Shown here piece by piece: positions 37,931-45,967 of a stretch of 64,000 nucleotides of DNA. The stretch's first letter is position 1; each line of letters opens with the position of its first letter. Position numbers and translations under genes: made by a program. Under the pieces are notes generated by a model. The model was given only the letters and a program-made list of their open reading frames with translations, made no database searches and was not told the origin of the DNA. The stretch lies in contig DAOVET010000001.1 in NCBI GenBank assembly GCA_030668825.1, positions 9,699 to 73,698 on the forward strand. Reading direction: 5' to 3'. This DNA comes from Candidatus Heimdallarchaeota archaeon (GTDB lineage: Archaea; Asgardarchaeota; Heimdallarchaeia; Heimdallarchaeales; Heimdallarchaeaceae).

Positions 37931-39127
37931 TTACCTTGCTAGTCTCCCCTCCGTATATGCCTTTCCAAATGCTAAATAAGCATCTATATATCCATATCCA
38001 AATTTTTGATCAAAAGTGCTTCGCGAACTAGCATAGTATAAGATATCCAAAACTTTCTGGAGAGAAGGGTCAGTAGAAGAACCTATTCCATTGTGATAAG
38101 CTGTTATTATCAAAGCAATTGTTGCAGCCAAATAGGGAGTACTAAAACTGGTTCCAGCTCCATATTTCCAAATACCTCTATAGATTCCAAGTGATTGATC
38201 ATAATATGCATCCGTTAATATAGGTATACCATTCCCTGGTTCTACCCAGTTTACAATATGATTACCTGTAGTATAAGATTTATACCAAGATGAAAACCAG
38301 GATTTATGATGTATCCATGAGTCGCTTCGATCTTCATGATCTATTGAACCAACAGCATACCACTCAGAGTAATATGATTGATACATGTAATTATAACCCC
38401 AACGGTAATTAAGATAATTGTAATAGTTACCAGCTGCTGTAAGTAACATCACATTTTTAGTAATCAAACTTGCCCATTTTTGATGGATTGTTGTATCTTC
38501 AGTAAAATCAATTCTTGAGACCCAAGACCATGAAACTATATCGATATCCTTTGATGCTTGATTATCATCTATCCATTCCCAAATTTCATATTGTCCATAA
38601 GTAAATCCATAGGGATCATATAACTCTTCCTCTTCATTTTCCACATATAAATCGATAAAAATGACTTTTACATCTCTGGCGATGGAAGCTAGTACAGATA
38701 TAACTGCAAATCCATGTCCATGAAACACTTGATTGTCTAGAAATGGATCATTAGGATTAGTAATGAATTTTATTTCATTATAACATCTGAAATCGTTTGT
38801 TAAGAACCCAACAATATCCACATTCGCTTCAGGATTTTGTTCTAAAGCTTTCCATTCCAAATCAGTTAAACCATCATCAATTATTACGACAGTAACATAA
38901 TCATCTATAGTAACTCCATGCTCATACACAATTACATCTGTTTCTGTATACTTATATGCTGCATCTTGAAGATTTCCAACTTTTACTGCTGGATTTATAA
39001 CAGGATCACCAATTGCTCCGCATTTTAACCAATCTAACATTTTGAGTTGATTATTACACATATCAGGTAAAGGTGCCAATCCAATACATACTATCAAGCA
39101 AAAGGAAAGAATTTTTTCATATTTCAT
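37931..39127 (-). CDS. subtilisin-like serine protease (peptidase S8)
   Basis: Catalytic triad in the correct order: VVIIDDGL (Asp), HGHGFAVISVLA (His), AAGN (oxyanion Asn), GTSFSTPYLAATIAL (Ser). N-terminal signal present. Confidence 0.75.
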   Translation of the reverse strand: MKYEKILSFCLIVCIGLAPLPDMCNNQLKMLDWLKCGAIGDPVINPAVKVGNLQDAAYKYTETDVIVYEHGVTIDDYVTVVIIDDGLTDLEWKALEQNPEANVDIVGFLTNDFRCYNEIKFITNPNDPFLDNQVFHGHGFAVISVLASIARDVKVIFIDLYVENEEEELYDPYGFTYGQYEIWEWIDDNQASKDIDIVSWSWVSRIDFTEDTTIHQKWASLITKNVMLLTAAGNYYNYLNYRWGYNYMYQSYYSEWYAVGSIDHEDRSDSWIHHKSWFSSWYKSYTTGNHIVNWVEPGNGIPILTDAYYDQSLGIYRGIWKYGAGTSFSTPYLAATIALIITAYHNGIGSSTDPSLQKVLDILYYASSRSTFDQKFGYGYIDAYLAFGKAYTEGRLAR

Positions 39128-39346
39128 TATTCTTGACTCCTAGATAGTAATTTTATCAAATTCTAGATCCTCTTGTTTCCTTAAAAACCTGTCTTATTTT
39201 CAGATGCTGCAAATGTGTCGTAAATTTCCAATATTCTTTCTTTCATTTCTTTCAATGTTGTTTTTACCACCTTTATAAATCAAACTCCTGATAATAGTTC
39301 ACCTACACTCCTTGTTTTACATCCCACTGAAAGTAAAAAAGGATAG

Positions 39347-39901
39347 TTGGTGAAAGAAGTGGGTAAGAACATGTATACAAGATTAAAAGAAGAAGTAAAG
39401 AAATATCTCTCCTCTTTTAAAAGGTTTCAAGAAGAACTACAATCATTTAAAGAATTTAGAAGAAGTATTGATTTACCATCAGAGATGACAATAGATCTAT
39501 CGGAAACTAAGGACCAGATGGAAGCTATTAGAAGATATGAAGCAAGATTACAGAAAGGAAAAGATGATCCAACTTGGTTTACTCTCACTAAGATGGTTAC
39601 TGATGTTTTTTTCGAGATGAAAAAAGAGTTTGAGGTATTCATGCAAGAACCTCAGTTTCTAGAAGGTAGAAAGTGTAAAAATCTAGTTGATTTAACTACT
39701 TATGTAGTTGGAGAATTACAAGAACTAGAAGTTAAGCTTTACTCCAAACACATGGATGAAGTAGATTGTTCTGTTTGTAACCAAAGTCATCTTATTCTTG
39801 ATGAGAATAGAGCAGAACAGACATGTAAAAACTGTGGCATAGTAATTAGAGATAAGATATCCGAAGAGGAAATTAGTCTTAAATCACAACCTTTTTTCTG
39901 A
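39347..39901 (+). CDS. helical protein with C-terminal TFB/TFIIB-type zinc ribbon
   Basis: CSVCNQSHLILDENRAEQTCKNCGIVIRDKISEEE matches the TFIIB ribbon pattern (C-x2-C ... D ... GE/AE-x-x-C-x2-CG-x-V). No cyclin repeats. The likely start is ATG 39371. Confidence 0.55.
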   Translation: MVKEVGKNMYTRLKEEVKKYLSSFKRFQEELQSFKEFRRSIDLPSEMTIDLSETKDQMEAIRRYEARLQKGKDDPTWFTLTKMVTDVFFEMKKEFEVFMQEPQFLEGRKCKNLVDLTTYVVGELQELEVKLYSKHMDEVDCSVCNQSHLILDENRAEQTCKNCGIVIRDKISEEEISLKSQPFF

Positions 39902-39965
39902 TAAAAACTTAAAAAGGATAAGGATAAATTCTACTAATCTTAATTATTACTTAAATAACGAATAT

Positions 39966-40544
39966 TTGGATGGAAAAATAATGACTATTGATGGTTATGA
40001 TTTACAGGATGGTTTTACTAGAAATTATCATTCCTTTCAATTGACAGGAGAGCATACAAATACTACTTGGACACATAGAATCCTCGGTTACTTTGATAGA
40101 CTGGGGAGAATGCTAGGATACGAAGTACAATTTGAAAAAGAAATATATGATTTAACTTGGTGGGATTATTCAATTAATCAAGAAAAAGGGAAGATTATTC
40201 TCCATGTCGAACATGAAAATTCAACAAATAAGAATAAGATAATCGAAGAAACTTTAGAATACAAAATTCTAGATTCTGAAGCAAAAATAGCTCTTGCTAT
40301 CTGTTATCCTAATAATTCTCAAGATTTTGATGAAATTAAACTTTGGATTAAAAAGAATGTTAAAAAACGAATGAAAGCAGAAGAAGTAGCCATCATAGTA
40401 GATGGTTGTTGTTATGGAGAAGAACCATATCATTTTGCAGTTCACATGATTACGAAAAAGAAATCAGAACTATACCTTTATGACAAAATAACAGTAAATG
40501 AATATCATTGCTTAGAGTATAAGACAGAAGAAAATTACGCGTGA
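39966..40544 (+). CDS. hypothetical protein, weak PD-(D/E)xK-like pattern
   Basis: YDLTWWD ... ILHVEHEN could be a nuclease-fold core. Not verifiable by eye. Confidence 0.35.
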   Translation: MDGKIMTIDGYDLQDGFTRNYHSFQLTGEHTNTTWTHRILGYFDRLGRMLGYEVQFEKEIYDLTWWDYSINQEKGKIILHVEHENSTNKNKIIEETLEYKILDSEAKIALAICYPNNSQDFDEIKLWIKKNVKKRMKAEEVAIIVDGCCYGEEPYHFAVHMITKKKSELYLYDKITVNEYHCLEYKTEENYA

Positions 40545-40573
40545 TGGACGTATCGTGTAAAATTGTGAATTAT

Positions 40574-40801
40574 TCATTGATTTTGTATTCTCGCTTTTAT
40601 TTTTTTTGTTTCTTCTTCAGATAAAATCTTATCTCTCTTCCCTAAACTACATTCTTTGCATGTTGTTGCTAGATTGTCTAGTGAATGTTCTTTTACTATT
40701 GACCAAGGTATAATATGGTCAACTTGTAATTCAACTTCTGGAGCTGAACGACCACAAATTATACAAGAAAAATTATCTCGTTGTAGAACCTCAAATCTCA
40801 A
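40574..40801 (-). CDS. minimal HNH endonuclease
   Basis: RFEVLQRDNFSCIICGRS...LQVDHIIPWS...DNLATTCKECSLGKRDK. TTG start. In frame with the upstream ORF. Confidence 0.8.
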   Translation of the reverse strand: MRFEVLQRDNFSCIICGRSAPEVELQVDHIIPWSIVKEHSLDNLATTCKECSLGKRDKILSEEETKKIKARIQNQ

Positions 40802-40804
40802 ACT

Positions 40805-41428
40805 TTAAGGAATTGAACTTTCATCATCTTTTTTGATTTTTGCTGTAAATACAAAACCCCCTAAACATACAAAGAAAATTCCAAATGTTAAGAGAAAAGC
40901 ACCAATAACCATCCACCACCATTCTAAGTCAAAAACTAATATCCATAATCCAACAATAGAAGAATATAGTAAGTTCAAGTAAGTACGTCCTCTGAATATC
41001 AATCTGCAAAACAATTCCTTTCCATTCTTTGGAATACTATAACCTAGAATATATTTCCTGATTTCTTCATTATCAAATCCTTTTATTTGTAATCGAACAA
41101 AATGCAGAAGCACGTATTCTTTCATCTCTTCGTACATAGTTGTAAGATTAAAATAATTGCACCCAATAACAAAGATTCCAATAAAAATTACAAAACCAAT
41201 CCGTAGATAAGGTTCATCATTTTGTGTTGAAGGAAAATCGATCTGAATGTAACTTGAACCAAAATACGCTCCTAATGAAATTATTGCTAACAATGATGGG
41301 AATACAGAAATAAATCTAAACTTTTGAGAATTTAGGAATTTAATTCTATTAAGAATCTGTTCATGAAGAGTCAGAAGTTGTTCTTGTGGAATATCATCGT
41401 TTTCTTTCTTATCATCTTTTTTTGTCAT
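40805..41428 (-). CDS. 4-TM membrane protein, unknown family
   Basis: Charged N-terminus, four hydrophobic helices, and a charged C-tail (KIKKDDESSIP) ending one codon before the HNH ORF. Confidence 0.55.
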   Translation of the reverse strand: MTKKDDKKENDDIPQEQLLTLHEQILNRIKFLNSQKFRFISVFPSLLAIISLGAYFGSSYIQIDFPSTQNDEPYLRIGFVIFIGIFVIGCNYFNLTTMYEEMKEYVLLHFVRLQIKGFDNEEIRKYILGYSIPKNGKELFCRLIFRGRTYLNLLYSSIVGLWILVFDLEWWWMVIGAFLLTFGIFFVCLGGFVFTAKIKKDDESSIP

Positions 41429-41640
41429 TTTCTTTCATCGTAAACAGATAAATAGCACATATTTAAATCCCGATGTTTTTTTCACTAAATATAATAGATG
41501 TAAGAATTTTAATTTTTTTTCAATTTTCGGTATGTTTCTGATACTATACACTCCAATAATTCGTCAAAAACTACTTTTTATACTCAAATTTAAATAGAAT
41601 AAAAAATAATTAAGATTGCTTTGAGTAATTCGTATATAAG

Positions 41641-42186
41641 TTGGGAAAAATCATGAATAACACTTCAAATAACAAAAGTGATGAACAACTACAATATGAA
41701 TTAAAAAAACTAATAGACAAGTATAATAAATTCAAGAGAGACAAAGGTCGTTCAGGTTTAAATAAATTGAATGAAGCAGAAGTAAGAAAAGACTTCATTG
41801 ATCCTTTCTTTGCAATTCTTGGGTGGAATATTCATGATTCCTCAGAGTATGGTACTGAAGAACATATCAAAGGTGTAGGAAGAGCAGATATCATATTAAG
41901 AGATTCCAAGCTTATTTCCACAAAACCTCAAAGTCTTGTTTATGTTGAAGCAAAACGGTTTGGTATTCTTCATTCTAAACCACTTGATACTAAACAAGTT
42001 GATCTTTTGGGAAAATTTGTTCCTGATTGGACAGAAGAAGATAGACAAGCAACTAATTATGCAATGGCAAAAAACATAAGATGGGCAAGAATTAATGGAA
42101 TATATCCTATTGTTGTCAGTCAAGAAATCAACAATCAGATAATGGGTAAAATAACATTTGAAATTATTGCACATTCAGATATTTAA
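41641..42186 (+). CDS. stand-alone HsdR_N-like (type I restriction R-subunit N-terminal, PD-(D/E)xK) domain protein
   Basis: NEAEVRKDFIDPFFAILGWN...GRADIIL...VYVEAKRFG...DRQATNYAMAKNIRWARING fits the HSDR_N_2 pattern. No methylase or helicase part follows. Confidence 0.5.
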   Translation: MGKIMNNTSNNKSDEQLQYELKKLIDKYNKFKRDKGRSGLNKLNEAEVRKDFIDPFFAILGWNIHDSSEYGTEEHIKGVGRADIILRDSKLISTKPQSLVYVEAKRFGILHSKPLDTKQVDLLGKFVPDWTEEDRQATNYAMAKNIRWARINGIYPIVVSQEINNQIMGKITFEIIAHSDI

Positions 42187-42212
42187 TATTTTGTTAATTA
42201 GGTTCAGAAAAT

Positions 42213-44558
42213 TTATAATAAATTAGCTAAATCATTTAATACCTCAAATTCTGAAAAATCGGTTCCAATTCTCTCCACTAATCTATATATCATTTCACTA
42301 CTTGTGCTTTTTAATCTAATTTTTTCTCCAGCAATTTCTTCTAAAACTTCTTCTAAAGAGCCCAATTTCCAAATAAATATATTATCTTCTAAAAGGAGTT
42401 TGGTAAAATCATTTAGAATTTGTTCATTTGCTAAAACATTTTCTAGATTCTTATCAAGAAACTTAGATAATTCTTCTTGTTCTTTGAATTCATTTAGCAT
42501 TTTTCCAAGAACAGAATCCTTGAAAGGTAAATATTTCTTTTTTGTATCCCCTTTAGTTTTGTTTGCAATTGGAAAAGCTGCATCTAGATCTACTACTATT
42601 AAGGCTTCAACCTCAAGTTTTTTTATTAGTTTCCAAACAATTGGAAGGTTTCTAATTCCATGTAATTCAATTATATCCCAACCATTTGATTCTAATTTGA
42701 AATTCTCAGGAAAATTAGTCCCCAGTTCTTCAACGAATAATTTATCGTTTGGTCCTTCTACAATCATAACTTTGTTAGAAAAGAGTAGTTTATTTACACT
42801 GTCGATTCTTTTTAGGAATTTACTTGCTTTACCTTCAGATGACTTTCTTTTTGATTCTTCTTCTTTGTCATCAATCTCAGATATGTTAAATCTTATTAGT
42901 TTTCCATATACACCTTTCCAGATTTGTGTTCTGAGAAAATCGTTAATGAAATATGGGGAATGAGTAATCAAAATATAAGTAGGAATAATCTCTTCATTTA
43001 GATAGTTCGATATTGTGTTAATCACTTTTCTTTGTAGTTGTGGATGTAATGCTCTTGCTGGCTCATCAATTATGATTGTTTTATCTCCTCTTTCAAATAA
43101 AGAAGTTAGAATCATTAAAGTTTCATAAGCTCCACTTGGTGCTTCATGCATCTCTATTGGTACATTCATGCTATCTGTAAATTGAATTAAGGGAGCTCTT
43201 TCTATAACATTTTCTTCTATATCAGCCCATTTAACATTTTTTTGAATATCTTCATTATATCCTGTTGTTGATGTTGTTCTAATAACATCCCCAATTATAA
43301 GTTTAGGATAATTTTCTGTTACTCTAATTGGTTCTTCTTTTACATAAACATCAAATTTCATTTTGAAAAGATTCTCAAATTCTTTCTTTAAATCATAAAA
43401 TCTCTTTCGTTCATTCTGTATAGAAGAATTTTTCCATCTATAAAGTGTTTCAGATAATTGGTTTATGGTGAAATAGCTGATACCCGAATAATCTTCAGCA
43501 ATAAGACCTCTATGTTCAGGTATAATAATTGTTCTGTTTTTAAAGAGTTTTTTAATAATGTTGCAAAAAATAATATGAGAACCTTCATTTTCAATCGGAT
43601 AAAACGCTTTAATTTTTTGAAATACTTCATATGAAAGATTTTTAATTTCACCCTTTCCATACTTTAGATTCAGATTTGGTAAAGTTATCTTATAGGAAAT
43701 ATCTGCATCAAATGTACTTTCAAGCATTTTGTTTACAACATTAGGAGAAATTTTAGCATCATCTTTTCTCAAAAAAATATGCATTGCTTTTAGTAAACTT
43801 AGATTAACATCACTGTTCTTCTCATTACTTAAACCATCATAATCTATTAGATAGCATCTAGATTTCTGAAAAACAGATATTGAAGGTATCAATCTAGTAA
43901 CATCTGCTTTAAGATTAACTTTTATTTTCTTAAATAGTTGACCGATATTAGAATGCATATCATTTGATAAAAGAATCCTCTTGAATTCTAATAGTCTATT
44001 ACCTTTCAAAAAACCAAGTTTAAAAGTAAAATCAGACTTTTCAAGGGTTTCTTTAAATTTCTCAAAGTTATTTTTATCCAGTTTTGAAAAAAGTTGATTT
44101 CTTTTTTCTTGAATTTTCAGCACTGGGGTTTGTTTAGTCTCAGGCAATTTAAGATTTAAAATATTTTTATTAAATTCATATAGATTATTGATTTCGTTAT
44201 CATCAATATCAAATATAATTTCTCTGATGAACATTTCCTTGAAATCATTAAATCTGTTTGATTCTTCCATCTCTTCTATTTCTCTATAGATACTCACGCA
44301 TAATATTGAACCAAGTAGTTCCTGCTCAAATTTTGATAGTTCAAGTTCTATGTTTAGGTTAATATCTGGATCATATTTACCTAAATCTACAGAGTTTTTT
44401 TCTAAACACAAACCCACCAGTTTAATAGCTCTTACTACATTGGTTTTTCCAGATCCATTAGGTCCAACTATGAAGTTGTTTCCGTTGTTAAAAGTGATTT
44501 CTTGGGTATCTTCTCCATAAGACAGGAAATTCCTGAGTTGGAGTGATGTAATTTTCAT
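42213..44558 (-). CDS. OLD-family nuclease (ABC-type ATPase plus Toprim)
   Basis: Walker A GPNGSGKTN, a long helical insertion, Walker B/D-loop IIIDEPARALHPQ, a Toprim Glu in VMIVEGPNDKLFVEE, and DxD in IVVDLDAAF. Confidence 0.8.
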   Translation of the reverse strand: MKITSLQLRNFLSYGEDTQEITFNNGNNFIVGPNGSGKTNVVRAIKLVGLCLEKNSVDLGKYDPDINLNIELELSKFEQELLGSILCVSIYREIEEMEESNRFNDFKEMFIREIIFDIDDNEINNLYEFNKNILNLKLPETKQTPVLKIQEKRNQLFSKLDKNNFEKFKETLEKSDFTFKLGFLKGNRLLEFKRILLSNDMHSNIGQLFKKIKVNLKADVTRLIPSISVFQKSRCYLIDYDGLSNEKNSDVNLSLLKAMHIFLRKDDAKISPNVVNKMLESTFDADISYKITLPNLNLKYGKGEIKNLSYEVFQKIKAFYPIENEGSHIIFCNIIKKLFKNRTIIIPEHRGLIAEDYSGISYFTINQLSETLYRWKNSSIQNERKRFYDLKKEFENLFKMKFDVYVKEEPIRVTENYPKLIIGDVIRTTSTTGYNEDIQKNVKWADIEENVIERAPLIQFTDSMNVPIEMHEAPSGAYETLMILTSLFERGDKTIIIDEPARALHPQLQRKVINTISNYLNEEIIPTYILITHSPYFINDFLRTQIWKGVYGKLIRFNISEIDDKEEESKRKSSEGKASKFLKRIDSVNKLLFSNKVMIVEGPNDKLFVEELGTNFPENFKLESNGWDIIELHGIRNLPIVWKLIKKLEVEALIVVDLDAAFPIANKTKGDTKKKYLPFKDSVLGKMLNEFKEQEELSKFLDKNLENVLANEQILNDFTKLLLEDNIFIWKLGSLEEVLEEIAGEKIRLKSTSSEMIYRLVERIGTDFSEFEVLNDLANLL

Positions 44559-44779
44559 AAATATTTTAGTCTCAACTTAATTTATAAATCATACGATTGA
44601 ATGTTCATTTAAAATTCTAATCAATCAGATTCTATGATTGGTTGGTTTAAAGAAAGAATCTATCTCCACTTTATTGATTTCCAAATTTTTAATATCAATT
44701 TCTCTGCTAAACATAAATAGTACTACTACGAAGATCAATATACAGTAAGAATCAAATAAAAAGTGTAAATTCTGATGTT

Positions 44780-45151
44780 CTAATACTGTCTTTTTCTATT
44801 AAGAAAGTTTGCTTCTACTTCTGCTTCTATCTCTTCTCTTATCTTCTCCTCCATTCTTTCAGCCCATTTATTGAAGAGATACTTAAATGGTAACACTTCT
44901 ATTAAGAATAATAGTAAGAATATTCCAGAACCTATTACTCCCAATATTCTCAATAATATCATCCATATTGCTTCCCCCAAAACTGTCTTCTCAAAATAGA
45001 ATGCTGCTGCTGTTCCGCAAATAAACACTACTGCTCCTATGAACGCACCTAATCTATCTTCCCAGCTAAATACTTTTTCTCTCTCTCTTCTTATCCTTTC
45101 TGCGTATCTCTTTAATTCAGTATTTTTTATTATCATATAAACCCAAACCAT
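44780..45151 (-). CDS. small membrane protein (2-3 TM) with charged termini
   Basis: GAFIGAVVFICGTAAAFYF and ILGVIGSGIFLLLFLIEVL helices. Same strand as the OLD gene and upstream of it. Confidence 0.5.
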   Translation of the reverse strand: MVWVYMIIKNTELKRYAERIRREREKVFSWEDRLGAFIGAVVFICGTAAAFYFEKTVLGEAIWMILLRILGVIGSGIFLLLFLIEVLPFKYLFNKWAERMEEKIREEIEAEVEANFLNRKRQY

Positions 45152-45253
45152 ATCTTTTTTTCATCTTTCTACTCATCTCTGCAGGATGTGTTTCTTCTAT
45201 TATTATCACCATCCACATGACGAAAAATACTGTCAAATATCCCATTATCTCTA

Positions 45254-45568
45254 TCAACTTATCCCCTCCACTAACAGCTCCCCTATTGTCCTCTCTGTCA
45301 TCTCAAAGAAGCTCATTATCCCCTCACTCTCATGGATCAGTTCATGTAGTTTCTTTAGTTTCACTTCCCTTCCCAGATTATCCTCGAAAGCTATCTCATA
45401 ACTCCATGCTCTCTTCTCCCTCTCTTCTATCATCCACTCCTTCTGTTCTTCAAAGAAGTTCTTCAGGAAGAATTGTAATCCATATACTGTCGTTATCTTC
45501 TGTCTTGTTAGTTCTATCCTTCCCTCTTTCCCTTCTACATAGATTACAAAGACCATATTCCAGTTCAT
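45254..45568 (-). CDS. small hypothetical protein
   Basis: Balanced composition. Preferred over the overlapping + strand Ser/Leu/Pro-rich ORFs 45186-45401 and 45217-45636. Confidence 0.4.
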   Translation of the reverse strand: MNWNMVFVIYVEGKEGRIELTRQKITTVYGLQFFLKNFFEEQKEWMIEEREKRAWSYEIAFEDNLGREVKLKKLHELIHESEGIMSFFEMTERTIGELLVEGIS

Positions 45569-45967
45569 TTTGCTCTATTTTGCTTATCAGAACTTTGGTT
45601 TATAAAGTAGGGAAAGTTTTTTTCTCGAGTTTTTAAATCAATTTACAGATTAGTGGTTGAAGCTGGCACAAACCCTTGAAATTCATATATCTAAAAAATA
45701 TAACTCATCACACTTTAGCTGGCTTCGACCCACTCTTTTCTTCTCTCAATCTCCTTCATCAGTTACTTATGGAAGCAAAATTAAAAATCTGGGTTTTAGA
45801 TTGATAAAATAGAGAAAATTAGTGAATTTTTCAACCTTCCTCTCAAACACCTGAAAAAAATAGACTTCTAACTTATCTCACATTTAGTATTTCTATATCC
45901 TTATTTTATTTCGATAGAGGAAAATCAAAAATGCAAAAATCAAACAAACTATTCTTGTTCAAGTATA

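Noticed and set aside
42304-42963. 219-aa + strand ORF inside the OLD nuclease gene, and similar antisense ORFs in the track (e.g. 466-672, 1735-2010, 7136-7414, 7441-7665, 8254-8457, 12458-12739, 13213-13413, 15041-15280, 15656-15886, 17365-17916, 18165-18407, 18543-18842, 22899-23159, 24398-24592, 27915-28163, 29182-29367, 30005-30271, 31551-31775, 33329-33769, 39427-39642, 41610-41798, 41896-42174, 43463-43660, 46015-46278, 47708-48662, 54645-54833, 57414-57725, 58505-58693)
   Set aside because: All lie within or antisense to longer ORFs that have clear family motifs. Their products are Ser/Phe/Leu/Ile-rich low-complexity strings, as expected from reading AT-rich coding DNA in the wrong frame.
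45186-45636. Two overlapping + strand ORFs (71 and 139 aa), very rich in Ser/Leu/Pro
   Set aside because: Their composition is typical of the antisense reading of a purine-rich coding strand. The minus-strand ORF 45254-45568 has balanced composition and matches the orientation of its neighbours. Neither reading is strongly supported.
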